This document shows, in pieces, positions 19,201-29,789 of a stretch of 64,000 bases of DNA. Numbering within the stretch: the stretch's first letter is position 1; the number at the start of each line of letters is the position of its first letter. This stretch comes from an uncultured delta proteobacterium. GTDB taxonomy: Bacteria > Desulfobacterota > Binatia > DP-6. The DNA lies in contig CAWFFN010000007.1 in NCBI GenBank assembly GCA_963815115.1, positions 992,001 through 1,056,000 of the forward strand, read 5' to 3'. Under the pieces are notes generated by a model. The model ran no database searches and was not told the origin of the DNA. It worked only from the letters and a program-made list of their open reading frames with translations. A program made the position numbers and the translations under genes.

Positions 19201-22200
19201 CCAGAAGCCGTGGTTGCCGCTGAAGATCGCGATGTGGACGCCGGCGGCGCGCGCCGCCTCGACGTTGGTCCGCTCGCCGCCCGACCAGTACTCGTCGTGG
19301 CCCACGGGCATGTACACGCGGTGCTCCAGCAGCTCGGACCCGCGTCGATCGGTGTCCATCCCGGTCGTGTAGCTGACGTCGTAGCCGTTGCGCTCGAGCC
19401 ACCGGACCATCGGGTACTCGGTGTTGAACAGCCAGCTCTCGGTCGAACCGTTGGGGAACTCGCAGCAGCGCGTGGTGAACGGGCGGTTGTAGCTCACCTT
19501 GTAGGCGCGGCCGACCGGCGAGCCGAAGTAGAGGCTGTTGCCGCCGTAGGTGTTGTAGGCCTGCCAGGTGGTGTCCGAGGTCTGGAACAGCAGGTCGGAG
19601 TGGCCGGCATCGTCACGCACGATGAAGGGGATGTGGCTGGCGCGGCCGTCCTCGGGATCCTGGCGCACCAGCTTGGCGACGTAGATGCCTGAGGTCGCGG
19701 TCGCCGGCACGCTCCACGACGCCGACACCGCCCAGTTGCCGCAGTCGACCAGGCCGGTGGTCACGTCGGAGAGACACGCAGGCTGGCTCTGCGGCAGCGT
19801 CGCCGACGGCTGCACGGTCGCCACCAGACGCGCGCCGAGGCCGCCGTAGTAGCCGAGACGGTAGATGTCGATGCGATAGGTGCTCGAGCCGGTCTGGACC
19901 TTGAAGTCGACCGCCTCCCCCTTGTTCACGCTGATGTCGGTCGCGAAGCCCTGGATGTCGGGGTCACCCGCGCCGCTCACGTCCCACTGGCTGGCCGGGT
20001 TGCCCGGGAGCAGGTTCTCCGCTGCGATCTCGTTCTGCCCGATCGAGACGACCAGGCTCTGGGTCGCCGTCTGCGCTCCCGAGGTCACGCGCACGGTCAC
20101 CGTCGACAGCCCGTTCGCCGTGGGCGTCCCCGAGATCACCCCGGTGCCCGGGGCCAGCGTCAGGCCGGCGGGCAGGGTCCCGCTCGCGATCGACCAGGTA
20201 TACGGCGAGCTCCCGCCGATCGCCGCCAGCGTCGCGCTGTAGGCGGTGTTCTTCACGCCGACCGGGAGCTGCGTCGTCGTGATCGTCACGCCCCCCGGCG
20301 GCTGGACCGTGAGGGTCGTGGTCCCGTTCAGCTCGCCCAGTGCGCCGGTGATGGTCGTCGTCCCCTGGCTCACGGCCGTCGCGCGGCCCGTGCCGTTGAT
20401 CGTCGCGATCGCGGGGCTCGCGGAGGTCCACGTCACCTGCGTGGTCAGGTCCTGGGTGCTCTGGTCGGAGTACGTGCCGGTGGCCGTGAACTGCTGCGTC
20501 CCGCCGATGCCCACCGCCGGATCGGCCGGCGTCACCGCGATCGACGTCAGCTGCGCGGTCGCCTGCGCGCTGAACACCACGTCGACCCAGTAGTTCAGGG
20601 AGCGATAGGTGCTGTTGGGGAAGACGCTGGCGGCGCCGTAGGCGTACACGCCGTTGCCGCCCGATGCCGCGTCCGCCAGGGCGTGCAGCGGCGGGTTGTC
20701 GAGCTGTTCCACGAAGTAGTCGAAGTTGCCGCTGTAGTGACCGTTGGGGGCGAAGTACGACGCGACGTAGGTGGTGTTCGCAGCGATCGCCACCGGCGTG
20801 GCGAAGTTCACCTGCTGCCATCCCGAGGCCGTCTCGGCGGTGAAGGTCACCGTGGCGAGGCGCGTGCCGGTGCTCGACCACAGGTTGCCGATATGGGCGC
20901 CCGTGTTGCCCGCGCTCTTGTAGAAGCGCAGGCCCGAGACGAAGCCGGGCACCTCGGAACGGAACTTGACGCCCAGCTCGACCGGGAGCGTATCGCCGCC
21001 GTCCACGATGTCCGGCGTCGGGGTGTTCGTCCACAGCGTGTAGCCGCCGGCCGGCGCCTCGCAGGCGTCCGTGGTCGCGTTGCAGGTCTGGCCCACCGGG
21101 CACGACGACGTGCTGACGCACACGCCGTTGGTGCAGAGATCCGCCGTGCAGGCGATGCCGTCGGTGCACGGCGCCGTATTGTTCTGGAAGACGCAGCCGG
21201 TGACGGCGTCACAGGAGTCGTCCGTGCAGGGGTTGCCGTCGTTGCAGACAGGCGGGGTGCCCGAAATGCAGGTGCCCGCCTGGCACGTCTCGACGCCGTT
21301 GCAGGCGTTGCCGTCGGTGCAGCTCGTACCGTTCGGCGCCTTCACGTCCGTCGGGCAGGCGCCGCTGGAGCCGGTGCAGGCCTCCGCGATGTCGCAGGGG
21401 CTCGCCGGTCCCCGGCACACCGTGCCGGCGGCGACGAACGTGTCGGTCGGGCAGGCCGGGCTGGAGCCGGTGCAGCTCTCGGCCTGATCGCACACGCCCG
21501 ACGCCGGGCGGCACAGCGCGCCGGCCACGGCGAGGACGTCGGCCGGGCAGGTGGCGCTGGAGCCGGTGCAGGTCTCGGCGACGTCGCAGAGGCCGGCGGC
21601 CGGCCGGCAGACTGCCCCTGCTCCCGCGAACTGGCAGCCGCCGGTGCAGCAGGCGCCGCCGTCACAGGCTTCGCCCGGATCGATCTGGCCGTTGCCGCAC
21701 TGGCCGGTCGCGCTCACGATCACCGTCGCGCTCTGCGAGGCGGTACCGTTGCGCTGATCGGTCACGGTGAGGGTCGCCGTGTAGGTTCCCGCGCTGGCAT
21801 AGGTGTGCGCCGGATCGGCCTGCGTCGAGTTGCCACCGTCCCCGAAGTCCCAGCCGTAGGTGAGCGTGGTGAACTCGGGGTCGGACGACCCCGAGCCCGT
21901 GAACTGCACGGCCAGCGGCGCGACGCCGCCCAGCGGATTGGCCGACACCACCGCGACCGGTGGCTGGTTCACGTACTGCGCGGTGTAGGTGGCCGGGGCC
22001 GTCCCGACCAGGAAGTCGTGCGAGGTCCCGGTCACCCCGTCGGCCCACTTGAAGAACGTGAGCCCGCCCTGGATCGGCTCGACCGAGACCGTGTCCTCGG
22101 ATCCCACCACGGGGTGGGCGAGCAGCGGCGACGCCTGCGTGAGGCCTTCGTTCTCGTAGTTGACCAGGAGGCCGATGGGATCGGTGGTGAGCGTGATGAG

Positions 22201-24270
22201 CGTGGTCTGCGGGAAGATGTTCACGCACTGGGTATCGGTGAGCGTCTGGTCGACGGTGGCCGTCACGCAGATCTCGTAGTGCGTGTTGTCACCGTGCTGG
22301 ATGACGTCGAACGTGCCGCCCGAGCCGCCGGGAAGGAGATTGAAGTGGATGTGCTCGTTGTGATGGAGGCGCAGCTCCCAGGTGAGTTGTGACGGATCGA
22401 CGGGCTGCCCGCCGGTCGTGGCGAACCCGGCGTAGGTGATCACGTCGCCGATCTGGTACGTGCTGCCGTCCACCGGTGACGTGATGTGCGCGAGCGGGGG
22501 CTCGTTGCCCACGGTGACCACCACGGTGGTGCTCCGCGTCGCGAAGGGCGTCGACTGCTCGGTGAGGGTCAAGGTGGCGGTGTACACGCCGGACGCGGTG
22601 TAGGTGTAGGTCGGATTCTGCTGGGTCGAGGTGCCGACGCCGTCACCGAAATCCCAGCCGTAGGAGAGCAGCTGCCCATCGGGATCGAACGACCCCACGC
22701 TGGAGAACGCGACGGTGAGCGGTGCCGTACCGATGGTGGGCGTGGCGTTGGCCACGGCCGTGGGCGGCGTGTTCCCCGCACCGACGTAGCGAATGCGGCG
22801 CACCTGGCTGCCCGACCCGTTGAGCACCACGACGTAGAGGTTGCTGTCGGGGCCGTTCAGCACCTGCACCATGCCGGCGCTGTTCTCCTTGCCGAAGTTG
22901 TTGACCGTCGCTTTCCCCTGGGCGTCGAACGTGAGGTAGCGGATCCACTGCCGGTTGTAGTCGAGGATGAACTCGGCGTTCTGGAACTGGGGCGGGTAGA
23001 CCGTGCCACGGTAGAAGGTCCCGCCGTTGGCCGAGGCGCCGCCGGCGGTGCCGGTGCCGTCGACGTGGCTGTGGTCGTACGAGAAGATCGGCGCCTTCAC
23101 CGCGCCCGGACCCTGCGAGTAGAGCGCGTTGCACGACGTGCTGGTGCTGCCGTCGTTGCCGTAGCTGCCCTGGCGCAAGCTGGTCGTCACACCGCTCTCG
23201 GCCGGCGCCGGATTGCCCGCGGCACCGCCTTCGTAGCAGGGCCAGCCGAAGTTGGCGCCCTTGCCGGTGTTGATCTCCTCCCACGTGTTCCAGCCCACGT
23301 CGCCGATGTAGACCTCGTTGGTGACCGGGTGGACCGTGAAGCGGAAGGGGTTGCGCAGGCCCATCGCGTAGACCTTGGAACGGTTACACGTCGGGCAGGT
23401 GGCATCGTAGAACGGGTTGTCGGGCAAGCCCAGGCCGGTCGCTGGATCGATCCGCATGATCTTGCCCGCCAGGCTGTTGACGTTCTGCGAGCGGAGCGCG
23501 CGGGGATCGACCGCGGTGTAGTTGGAGCCATCGCCGCTGCCGACGAAGAGCGAGCCGTCGTTGCCGAACATGACGGTGCCGATCGAGTGCGAGTCCTCGT
23601 CGGAGGGGATGCAGTTGTCGATCGGGGCACCGGCCATGGTGAGGCCGGTCATGCACGACGCCTTGGTGGTGTCGCGGCCGTCGTTCGGGTTGCCGATGTT
23701 GGCGGCCGTGCTGTTCGTGCCGAGCAGGATGACGTGTCCGGGACCACCGGGCACGGTCTGCGTCTGGTCGCTCCCGGGCAGCGCCACGTTGTAGCCCTGC
23801 GCGGGATCGGCCTCGACGCGAATCAGGCGAGAGACGCGAGCGCCGATCGCGATGTTGGAGAACCCTGGCGGGTTCCAGGTGAACAGCAGGTAGACGTACG
23901 GCGTGTGGGGAAAATCGGGATGGATCGCGACGCCCAGCAGACCGCGGTCGTTCGAGTTCGAGACCTGCGAGGTGATGTCGAGGAACGGGGTCGGGAGCAG
24001 CGTACCGTTCTGGTACACCCGCACCACCCCGCCCTTCAGCGTGATGAACATCCGGCCGTCGGGCGCGAAGGCGATGCCCGTTGCGAACGGCAGATTGCTC
24101 GCGACGACGTCCTCGACGAAGCCGGACGGCGTGAAGGTCAGGATCGCATCCGACGGTGCCGGCTTGGCGATGACGGCCAGGCCGGTGATCAGCGCCACGG
24201 CCCAGCCCCAGAAGCGGCTCGGGCGGCGACGGCCGATCGACGACCGGCGGGAGTCACACTTGACGTTCAT
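16225..24270 (-). CDS. Giant secreted multidomain protein (about 2681 aa): GSDH, PKD x2, Cys-rich repeats, DUF4082 x3, Big_2 and putative-Ig repeats, N,N-dimethylformamidase-beta-like (DUF6605) domain
   Basis: Signal peptide after MNVK; [13 protein letters not shown] and GLRNPFR; WDFGDG x2; [20 protein letters not shown] repeats; VELGVKFRS x3; [14 protein letters not shown] and GHDEYWS. Start set at ATG24270. Confidence 0.9.
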   Translation of the reverse strand: MNVKCDSRRSSIGRRRPSRFWGWAVALITGLAVIAKPAPSDAILTFTPSGFVEDVVASNLPFATGIAFAPDGRMFITLKGGVVRVYQNGTLLPTPFLDITSQVSNSNDRGLLGVAIHPDFPHTPYVYLLFTWNPPGFSNIAIGARVSRLIRVEADPAQGYNVALPGSDQTQTVPGGPGHVILLGTNSTAANIGNPNDGRDTTKASCMTGLTMAGAPIDNCIPSDEDSHSIGTVMFGNDGSLFVGSGDGSNYTAVDPRALRSQNVNSLAGKIMRIDPATGLGLPDNPFYDATCPTCNRSKVYAMGLRNPFRFTVHPVTNEVYIGDVGWNTWEEINTGKGANFGWPCYEGGAAGNPAPAESGVTTSLRQGSYGNDGSTSTSCNALYSQGPGAVKAPIFSYDHSHVDGTGTAGGASANGGTFYRGTVYPPQFQNAEFILDYNRQWIRYLTFDAQGKATVNNFGKENSAGMVQVLNGPDSNLYVVVLNGSGSQVRRIRYVGAGNTPPTAVANATPTIGTAPLTVAFSSVGSFDPDGQLLSYGWDFGDGVGTSTQQNPTYTYTASGVYTATLTLTEQSTPFATRSTTVVVTVGNEPPLAHITSPVDGSTYQIGDVITYAGFATTGGQPVDPSQLTWELRLHHNEHIHFNLLPGGSGGTFDVIQHGDNTHYEICVTATVDQTLTDTQCVNIFPQTTLITLTTDPIGLLVNYENEGLTQASPLLAHPVVGSEDTVSVEPIQGGLTFFKWADGVTGTSHDFLVGTAPATYTAQYVNQPPVAVVSANPLGGVAPLAVQFTGSGSSDPEFTTLTYGWDFGDGGNSTQADPAHTYASAGTYTATLTVTDQRNGTASQSATVIVSATGQCGNGQIDPGEACDGGACCTGGCQFAGAGAVCRPAAGLCDVAETCTGSSATCPADVLAVAGALCRPASGVCDQAESCTGSSPACPTDTFVAAGTVCRGPASPCDIAEACTGSSGACPTDVKAPNGTSCTDGNACNGVETCQAGTCISGTPPVCNDGNPCTDDSCDAVTGCVFQNNTAPCTDGIACTADLCTNGVCVSTSSCPVGQTCNATTDACEAPAGGYTLWTNTPTPDIVDGGDTLPVELGVKFRSEVPGFVSGLRFYKSAGNTGAHIGNLWSSTGTRLATVTFTAETASGWQQVNFATPVAIAANTTYVASYFAPNGHYSGNFDYFVEQLDNPPLHALADAASGGNGVYAYGAASVFPNSTYRSLNYWVDVVFSAQATAQLTSIAVTPADPAVGIGGTQQFTATGTYSDQSTQDLTTQVTWTSASPAIATINGTGRATAVSQGTTTITGALGELNGTTTLTVQPPGGVTITTTQLPVGVKNTAYSATLAAIGGSSPYTWSIASGTLPAGLTLAPGTGVISGTPTANGLSTVTVRVTSGAQTATQSLVVSIGQNEIAAENLLPGNPASQWDVSGAGDPDIQGFATDISVNKGEAVDFKVQTGSSTYRIDIYRLGYYGGLGARLVATVQPSATLPQSQPACLSDVTTGLVDCGNWAVSASWSVPATATSGIYVAKLVRQDPEDGRASHIPFIVRDDAGHSDLLFQTSDTTWQAYNTYGGNSLYFGSPVGRAYKVSYNRPFTTRCCEFPNGSTESWLFNTEYPMVRWLERNGYDVSYTTGMDTDRRGSELLEHRVYMPVGHDEYWSGGERTNVEAARAAGVHIAIFSGNHGFWKTRWENSIDGSNTPYRTLVCYKETHANAKIDPMPNVWTGSWRDPRFSPPADGGRPENALNGSLFTVNGIRNDAMLVPAADGKMRFWRNTSIASLAAGQTATLPTGVLGTEWDEDIDNGVRPAGIVRMSSTTVSGVQYLQDYGTTYASGTATHHLTLYKNSSGSLVFGAGTIQWPWGLDAQHDYAGPATDANMQQATVNLFADMGVQPTSLQSGLVAATASADTTAPTATITSPAAGATVSNGKPLTISGTASDTGGQVGGVEVSTDGGVTWHPAVGRTSWTYAWLPTVVGSTSLRARAVDDSANLGTPAQRTVNVVSPTLTTIQVSPSNATVTVGGTQQYTATGLYSDVTTQDLTNQVTWTSSNTAAATINAAGVATAGGAGGTTITATLGSVNGSTGLTVQSGPLTITTASLPPATLNTAYNTDLSALGGMPPYTWSIAAGALPDGLTLTASSGVISGTPTAVGTFNFTAEVSAGEDTVTRPLSITVSMPTVTIWPSNPTPAIVDGGDTSSVELGVKFRSETAGSILGIRFYKSAANTGTHIGSLWSINGTRLATATFTGETPTGWQQVNFSTPVAIQANTVYVASYFAPNAHESGNLDYFATQGVDTPPLHALMTGVSGPNGVFAYGATSTFPVNSFRSLNYWVDVVFSPQPPPTLTSIAVTPANPTITTGGTQQFTATATYSDSSTLDVTNQVTFASSATAVATVTTGGLATAVSTGTTTISATLGSVTGSTGLTVAAGPLTITTTSLPAGTVGGAYTATLAASGGTPPYSWALATGTLPAGLTLNANSGVISGTPTATGTSNFTVRVTAGAQNTTKALGITINAATTMIWPGNPVPAIVDGGDTAAVELGVKFRSDVAGHITGIRFYKSPGNTGTHVGSIWSAAGTRLGTVNFTGESASGWQQMNFATPVAIAANTTYVASYFAPNGHYSGNLDFFAGQGVDNAPLHALADGVSGGNGVFSYGATSVFPTTTYRTLNYWVDVIFTTP
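21055..21700 (-). repeat. Tandem Cys-rich (disintegrin-like/myxobacterial-type) repeats inside the giant gene
   Basis: Three near-identical CR.A...CD.AE.CTGSS..CP.D units, then [12 protein letters not shown] and [12 protein letters not shown] units. Confidence 0.8.
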
Positions 24271-24487
24271 CACGGCAGGATTCCTTTCATTCATCAACGA
24301 CTGACTTGCGCACCCCGAAAGAAGCCCCTGGCAGGCCGTGCAGACTCCCGGTGTCCGATTGGCATAAGGGACGGACCGAACTCCGCTTCCGGGTCGCCCT
24401 GTCCTTGGCTCATCGGAGGCCCGTTCCCTCCCCGGGACAGTCCTGACGAGAGTCGATGCTCGATCGAGCCCCGCATTCACGCAGTGC

Positions 24488-24504
24488 AGCAAGGCGTGTG
24501 CCGG
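24488..24504 (-). promoter_or_regulatory. Sigma54 (-24/-12) promoter candidate for the giant gene
   Basis: Minus strand CCGGCACACGCCTTGCT has GG-N10-GC spacing with GGCAC and TTGC, about 220 nt upstream of ATG24270 in a divergent intergenic region. Confidence 0.6.
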
Positions 24505-24853
24505 CAAAAGCCTTATTGAATGGCGGCGTTGCCAGTGCATACGCGCATGATTGATCCGCAGCACCGCGTTTCCGCCAGGGATGGGCCCCGCCACCGTCAC
24601 GGCAGGGTTGGCAGCGGACACCGCCACTGCCATAGACAGCCCCTCACCGGGGACGGTATGAGGGCCCCGCTCCGCGGCTCGCATGCCGGGGAGCACGTGG
24701 CGCAATCACCCTCACCCGAGTGCTCGAACCCTCGATTTCCTCGCTCGGTCCCAGCCAGCCGAGCGACCGCGCGGCCCGGCGAATCGCCCCGGCAGCGATG
24801 GCCGCCGACCAGGCGGGGCCGGGGCGGGCCCCGGTCGCGGGGGGCACCTGACG

Positions 24854-26347
24854 ATGTCGCGCACCACCGCTCGCGCCCTCGTCGCCGGAGCCTTCGCGCT
24901 CTACGTCCTGCTTCACCTCGTCACCGTCGCGCGCTCGCACATTCCCTGGTTCGACGACACGTTCTTCGCCAGCATCGGCGAGACGCTGCGAAGGACCGGC
25001 GAGTTCAGGCTGACCGTCTCGCCGCTCTGGTTCCCCAAGCCCGTCTACCTCTACGGTCCCATCTACTTCCTCCTGGTCGCCGGTTCGTTCGCCACGCTCG
25101 GCTTCGGCGTGCTGCAGTACCGCCTGACCGGCCTCGTCGCCGCCTTCGTCCTGCTCGCCGTCGCCTACCGCATTCTCCAGCGCGAGGGCGTCGAGCGACG
25201 CATCGCCCTCGGGGCGTGCGTGCTCATGGCGCTGGACCCGATCCTCCTGGAGATCCTCCGCATCGGCCGGATGGACCTCCTGGCGCTCCTCTTCGTCCTG
25301 CTCGCCTACCTGCTGTTGGTGGACGCGAGACAGACCACGGGACGCGCGGCCCTGCTGTATGCCGCCGGCTCGGGTGCCCTCGCGTCCCTCGCGGTCCTGA
25401 CGACCCCGCGACCGGGCTACGCCCTCGTCCCGCTGGGGCTCATCCTGCTACATCGGTGCTGGACCGGCCCGATCGGGTCGCGCGTGGCCCAGCTGCTCGC
25501 CTGGGGGGCTGGCTTCGTCCCGCTGTGCATCGTCTGGCTGGTCTACGCTTTCGGCAGCCTGCCGGGACTCCTCGCCTACTTCTCGGAATTCGCCGACACC
25601 TATGCGGGTACGGGCCTCGCGACCGTCTCGATCCAGAAGCCGATTCTCGCGATCCTGCTCGTCCTGACGCTGCTCACGCTGTTCAGGGATCCGCGCCGCC
25701 TGCTGAACGAGCTCCCGGTCTTCCTCGGACTGGGGATCGTGCTCTTCTTCCTGTTCGTCAAGAACAAGGGAACCTTCGGAGGCGGCTACGCGATCCTCCT
25801 CATCCCGTTCGAGTACATGGCGCTGGGCTGGCTGATCGCGAATTGCCCTCCCCTCTCGGGCCCACGGTCCCGTCGAGCCGTCCAGGCCACCTCGTTCGTC
25901 CTGCTGCTCCTGCTGAACGGCGGCGCGTTCCTGGCGATCGTCGCATCGGACTTTCTGCTCTGGCCCGCTCTCGACCCGAGCGCGGCCCAGAGCCTGATCG
26001 TCGAGAAGATCCCGCCCGGATCGAAGGTGGTGGGCGACGACAAGTTCTACTTTCTCGTGACCCGCGCCGGTTCCGACTTCCAGTACCTCGAGCGGGGCGG
26101 GACGGTCGCCGAACGGGTGAGCTATCACAAGGACACGTTCGGCTTCGACTACGTCGTCACGGCCCTGGACGAGAGCTCGGAGATCCTGAGCGCCTACCTC
26201 GCCGCCACGAATCTCGTGAAGGTGGGCACCATCGATCACCCGAGCGTCAGCGCGCTGACCAGGTACCCGCTGTTCGCCCGCGGCAAGTTCATGCTCTGGG
26301 TCTTCACCACCAACTACGGCGGGACGCTCTACAAGCGGGTCCGTTGA
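24854..26347 (+). CDS. ArnT/GT39-like GT-C membrane glycosyltransferase
   Basis: PWFDD acidic loop after TM1, YGPIYF, GRMD; multi-TM with a soluble C-terminal domain. Confidence 0.8.
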   Translation: MSRTTARALVAGAFALYVLLHLVTVARSHIPWFDDTFFASIGETLRRTGEFRLTVSPLWFPKPVYLYGPIYFLLVAGSFATLGFGVLQYRLTGLVAAFVLLAVAYRILQREGVERRIALGACVLMALDPILLEILRIGRMDLLALLFVLLAYLLLVDARQTTGRAALLYAAGSGALASLAVLTTPRPGYALVPLGLILLHRCWTGPIGSRVAQLLAWGAGFVPLCIVWLVYAFGSLPGLLAYFSEFADTYAGTGLATVSIQKPILAILLVLTLLTLFRDPRRLLNELPVFLGLGIVLFFLFVKNKGTFGGGYAILLIPFEYMALGWLIANCPPLSGPRSRRAVQATSFVLLLLLNGGAFLAIVASDFLLWPALDPSAAQSLIVEKIPPGSKVVGDDKFYFLVTRAGSDFQYLERGGTVAERVSYHKDTFGFDYVVTALDESSEILSAYLAATNLVKVGTIDHPSVSALTRYPLFARGKFMLWVFTTNYGGTLYKRVR

Positions 26348-26360
26348 CCGCGTCCGACCG

Positions 26361-27596
26361 TCACAGCCTGGACGGAGTCAGCCCTCGCCGAGCTCCGAGT
26401 CCGATGCCCGCCGTTCCCCGCCTGAGGCTCATGGCCATGAGCCAGCCCACGGCCACGCACAGCGCGAGGACGCGAAGATGGAGCAGGAGCGGACTGACAT
26501 AGGGTTCGAGCAGGCTGTTCGGCAGGGTCACGATCAGCATCAGGCCGAGCGCCAGCACCGATGCAGCGGCTCGTTCGTGCACGTGGCGCCAGAACGCCGG
26601 GATGAGGGGGATCAGGGCGGCGATGTCGTAGCCGTGGGCGAAGCCGAAGAGCAGCGACATGCCGACCAGGATGGGCAGCACGTCGTCGTCGACGACGCTG
26701 GCCCGCGACCACCAGAACCACCCGAGGATGAGCAACGCCAGCGGCAGGAGGACCGGTGCGTCGACTCCCGCCACGAAGAGCAGGTTGCGCAGCCCGAAGA
26801 CCATTCGCGATCCGAGGGTGTTGTACGAACCGGCGCTGTATCGCCACGCCGCAGCGGACCAGTCCGACATCAGCTGAACGGGGCCGCTGATGAGGAGCGG
26901 CACCGCGGCCAGCGCCGCGACGCCCAGCGCGGCGGCCGCGAGCACCCGCCACCGGCGTTCGAGGACCAGCCACAGCATCGGGAGCGCACTCACCTGCGGC
27001 TTGATGGTGGCGATGGCGAGGAGCAAACCGCCGATCAGCCATCGATCGCGCCGGGCCAGGCGCCAGCCCAGCATGAGCGCCAGGATCACGATGAGCGTCG
27101 TCTGGCCGGCCCAGATGACGAACGCGGTGGACGGGTTGCCGAGGACGAGGGCGGGGATCGCCCACCACGCCGCATCCCCGAGTCCTGCCCGGCTGCGGCG
27201 TCCCGGATCGCGGGCGCATCGCAGGCTGAGGGCGGCGAGCCCCAGGGCCGCGGCGAGGTTGAGGCCGGTCATGAGCGCCCGGGCACCGACCGGCGACCAC
27301 GCCGCGAGCAGCATGCATAGGGGCGCGATCTGCGGCGGGTAGGCGAAGTCGTAGCGCGCGACCGCTTCCGCGAGCCACGGGTCGGCGGGATGCACCGACC
27401 CCGGCACGTAGGCGTTGAGGCCCTCGCGCCAGTAGAGCCCCGCCAGGTACAGGAAGCGCATATCCAGATTGGTCTGCGCCAGTCCGCCGTGTCCCGCCCC
27501 GAAGAGGCCGAGGGCGACCGTCACGCCGACGGCGCACAGGAGGATCACCGACCCGAAGCGCGGGTCATGCATGCGCGAATGTCGAACCGACGTCAT
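26361..27596 (-). CDS. GT87 GT-C glycosyltransferase
   Basis: LDMRFLYLAG, FAYPP, WAGQ and TIKPQ; GAGGAG RBS before ATG27596. Confidence 0.85.
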   Translation of the reverse strand: MTSVRHSRMHDPRFGSVILLCAVGVTVALGLFGAGHGGLAQTNLDMRFLYLAGLYWREGLNAYVPGSVHPADPWLAEAVARYDFAYPPQIAPLCMLLAAWSPVGARALMTGLNLAAALGLAALSLRCARDPGRRSRAGLGDAAWWAIPALVLGNPSTAFVIWAGQTTLIVILALMLGWRLARRDRWLIGGLLLAIATIKPQVSALPMLWLVLERRWRVLAAAALGVAALAAVPLLISGPVQLMSDWSAAAWRYSAGSYNTLGSRMVFGLRNLLFVAGVDAPVLLPLALLILGWFWWSRASVVDDDVLPILVGMSLLFGFAHGYDIAALIPLIPAFWRHVHERAAASVLALGLMLIVTLPNSLLEPYVSPLLLHLRVLALCVAVGWLMAMSLRRGTAGIGLGARRGLTPSRL

Positions 27597-27670
27597 GCTC
27601 CTCGAACGGCACCCTGACGCTCGCGCTGCTGCCGGCGAGCGCGCAGGGATCACGCTGAGCGTGGTGCTCT

Positions 27671-28630
27671 TCAGGCCGACCAGGCAGCGGGAGCGGTCTG
27701 CAACACGTGCCCGGCGGCGGTCTTCGCCTCGATGATGTACCGCGGCCGGCGTCGGGACTCGTCGAGAGCGCGCCACAGGTACTCGCCGAGCACGCCCATC
27801 ATCACCATCTGGATGCCACCCACCAGCAGGACCACGACCATCAACGACGACCAGCCCTGCACGGGAGCGCCGCGCAGGGAGTTGAGGATCACCAGGGCCG
27901 CGTAGACGAAGCCCGCGCAGGCCACGGCGAACCCGACGTACGACATGAACCGGATCGGCACGTAGCTGAACGACGTGACGGAATCGACGACGAGCTTCAG
28001 CTTCTTCTTGAGGCTCCACCCCGACCTGCCGTGCAGACGGGCTCCTTTGTCGTAGGTGATGGTGGCCTGCCGGAATCCCATCCAGGTGATGAGGGCGAGG
28101 ATGCTGGCGTTGCTCTCGCTGAACCGGGAGAAGGCTTCGACCACGTCGCGGTCGAGGAGGAAGAAGTCGGCACCCGTGGCCGGCATCTCCTTCATGTCGA
28201 CCACGCTTCGCATCAGCCAGTAGTACAGGCGCGAGAACCCGACCGTCGTCGCCTTCTCGCCCTCACGAAGAGCCCGGGCCGCCCACACGACCTTGACGCC
28301 CTCCTTCCATTGCTCGAGCAGCTGCGGGATCACCTCGGGGGGATCCTGCAGGTCCGCGGCCAGGGCCGTCACGCAGTCCCCCCGCGCCTCGTGCAGGCCG
28401 CACGTCACCGCGGCGTGCGCGCCGAAGTTCCTGGCGAAGCGCAGCCCGCGCACCCGCCGGTCGCGCTCGGCGAGCCGGGTGACGACGGCGAACGTCGCGT
28501 CCTGGGAATGGTCGTCCACCACGACCCACTCCCAGTCGAGCCCGAGGGACTCCATGGTCGCGCGGATGCGCTCGTAGAGAACGGGCAGGTTCGCCGCTTC
28601 GTTGTACGCCGGAGTGACGATGGAGATCAT
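27671..28630 (-). CDS. GT2 polyprenol-phosphate glycosyltransferase (GtrB/ArnC-like)
   Basis: ISIVTPAYNE, DDHSQD, RNFG and ADLQDPPE; two C-terminal TMs; GEYLWR..E.RRRPRY. Confidence 0.9.
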   Translation of the reverse strand: MISIVTPAYNEAANLPVLYERIRATMESLGLDWEWVVVDDHSQDATFAVVTRLAERDRRVRGLRFARNFGAHAAVTCGLHEARGDCVTALAADLQDPPEVIPQLLEQWKEGVKVVWAARALREGEKATTVGFSRLYYWLMRSVVDMKEMPATGADFFLLDRDVVEAFSRFSESNASILALITWMGFRQATITYDKGARLHGRSGWSLKKKLKLVVDSVTSFSYVPIRFMSYVGFAVACAGFVYAALVILNSLRGAPVQGWSSLMVVVLLVGGIQMVMMGVLGEYLWRALDESRRRPRYIIEAKTAAGHVLQTAPAAWSA

Positions 28631-28646
28631 GGGCACCTCGCTCGAT

Positions 28647-29789
28647 TCAGCGCGCGCCACAGGCGCGCCGCAACCCGTCCGCGACCTGCTCCTGCTCCTG
28701 CCGCGTCATCTGCCCATACAGCGGCAGGATGATGCAATGGTCCTGGGCCGCCTCCGAGTGCGGCAGCGCGTGCCGCGCCGCGCTGCCCTCGTAGCTCGGC
28801 TCGCGATGGCTGCACATGACGCCGCGCCGGGTCGCGATGCCCTGGTCGAGCATCCGCTGCATGACCTCGCGCTGATCGCACCGAGCGGGCAGCCGCACGC
28901 AGAAGCTCTGCCAGTTGCTCCGGGCCCAGTCGGGCTCTCGCGGCTGGATCAGACCGGGCACGTCGGCCAGCAGCGCCCGGTAGCGCTCGACCAGCGCCCG
29001 GCGGACGGAGACCACCTCGGGCAGCCGCTTCAGCTGCTCCCGGCCGACGGCCGCCTGGATGTCGGTCATGCGGTAGTTGTATCCGAGCACCGGGTAGGAC
29101 TCGAAGATGACCGTGTTGGCGCCGTGTCGTACCGTGTCGGGGACGCTCATCCCGTGCTGTCGCAGCAGCCTGCAGCGCGCATCCCAGTCCGCGTTGCCGG
29201 TGGTGATCATGCCGCCATCACCCGTGCTCATCACCTTGCGGGGGTGAAACGAGAAGCAGGCGATGTCGCCGTGCGGGCGGCCGATCTTCTCCCACCGGCC
29301 GCTCCAGCAGATCTCGCTGCCGCTGGCGCACGCCGCATCCTCGATCACGGCGAGTCCGGCCCGACGCGCCACCGGCAGGATCGCCGCCATGTCGCAGGGC
29401 ATCCCCATCTGGTGCACGCACAGGACGGCGCGCGTGCGATCCGTCAGCGCGCCCTCGAGCTGCGTCGGGTCGATGTTGAAGGTGTCGGGCTCCACATCGA
29501 CGAAGATCGGCGTCGCACCGCAGTAGCGGATGGCGTTCGCCGTGGCGATGTAGGAGTGGCTCACCGTGACGACGTCGTCGCCGGGACCCACCCCCGCGGC
29601 CAGGAGCGCCAGGTGCAGCGCCGTGGTACAGCTCGACACCGCACACGCGTGCTCGGCGCCCACGAAGGCCGCGAACTCGCGCTCGAAGGCGGCCACCTCC
29701 GGTCCCTGCGTGATCCAGCCGCTCAGGATGGCGCGGCCGGCCGCCGCGACCTCCCGCTCGTCCATCACGGGTTTGATGATCGGGATCAT
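28647..29789 (-). CDS. DegT/DnrJ/EryC1/StrS aminotransferase
   Basis: SSCTTALHLAL, IEDAAC, FSFHPRKVMSTGDGG, GYNYRMTD. Confidence 0.92.
   Translation of the reverse strand: MIPIIKPVMDEREVAAAGRAILSGWITQGPEVAAFEREFAAFVGAEHACAVSSCTTALHLALLAAGVGPGDDVVTVSHSYIATANAIRYCGATPIFVDVEPDTFNIDPTQLEGALTDRTRAVLCVHQMGMPCDMAAILPVARRAGLAVIEDAACASGSEICWSGRWEKIGRPHGDIACFSFHPRKVMSTGDGGMITTGNADWDARCRLLRQHGMSVPDTVRHGANTVIFESYPVLGYNYRMTDIQAAVGREQLKRLPEVVSVRRALVERYRALLADVPGLIQPREPDWARSNWQSFCVRLPARCDQREVMQRMLDQGIATRRGVMCSHREPSYEGSAARHALPHSEAAQDHCIILPLYGQMTRQEQEQVADGLRRACGAR

Noticed and set aside
16240-21040. Diversity-generating retroelement or CRISPR suggested by the repeated DUF4082 DNA
   Set aside because: The repeats are in-frame coding domains; no reverse transcriptase, cas gene or repeat-spacer pattern was seen.
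24271-24705. N-terminal 145 aa of the 2826-aa track ORF
   Set aside because: It lies before the signal peptide and contains the sigma54-like motif, so it is treated as intergenic.
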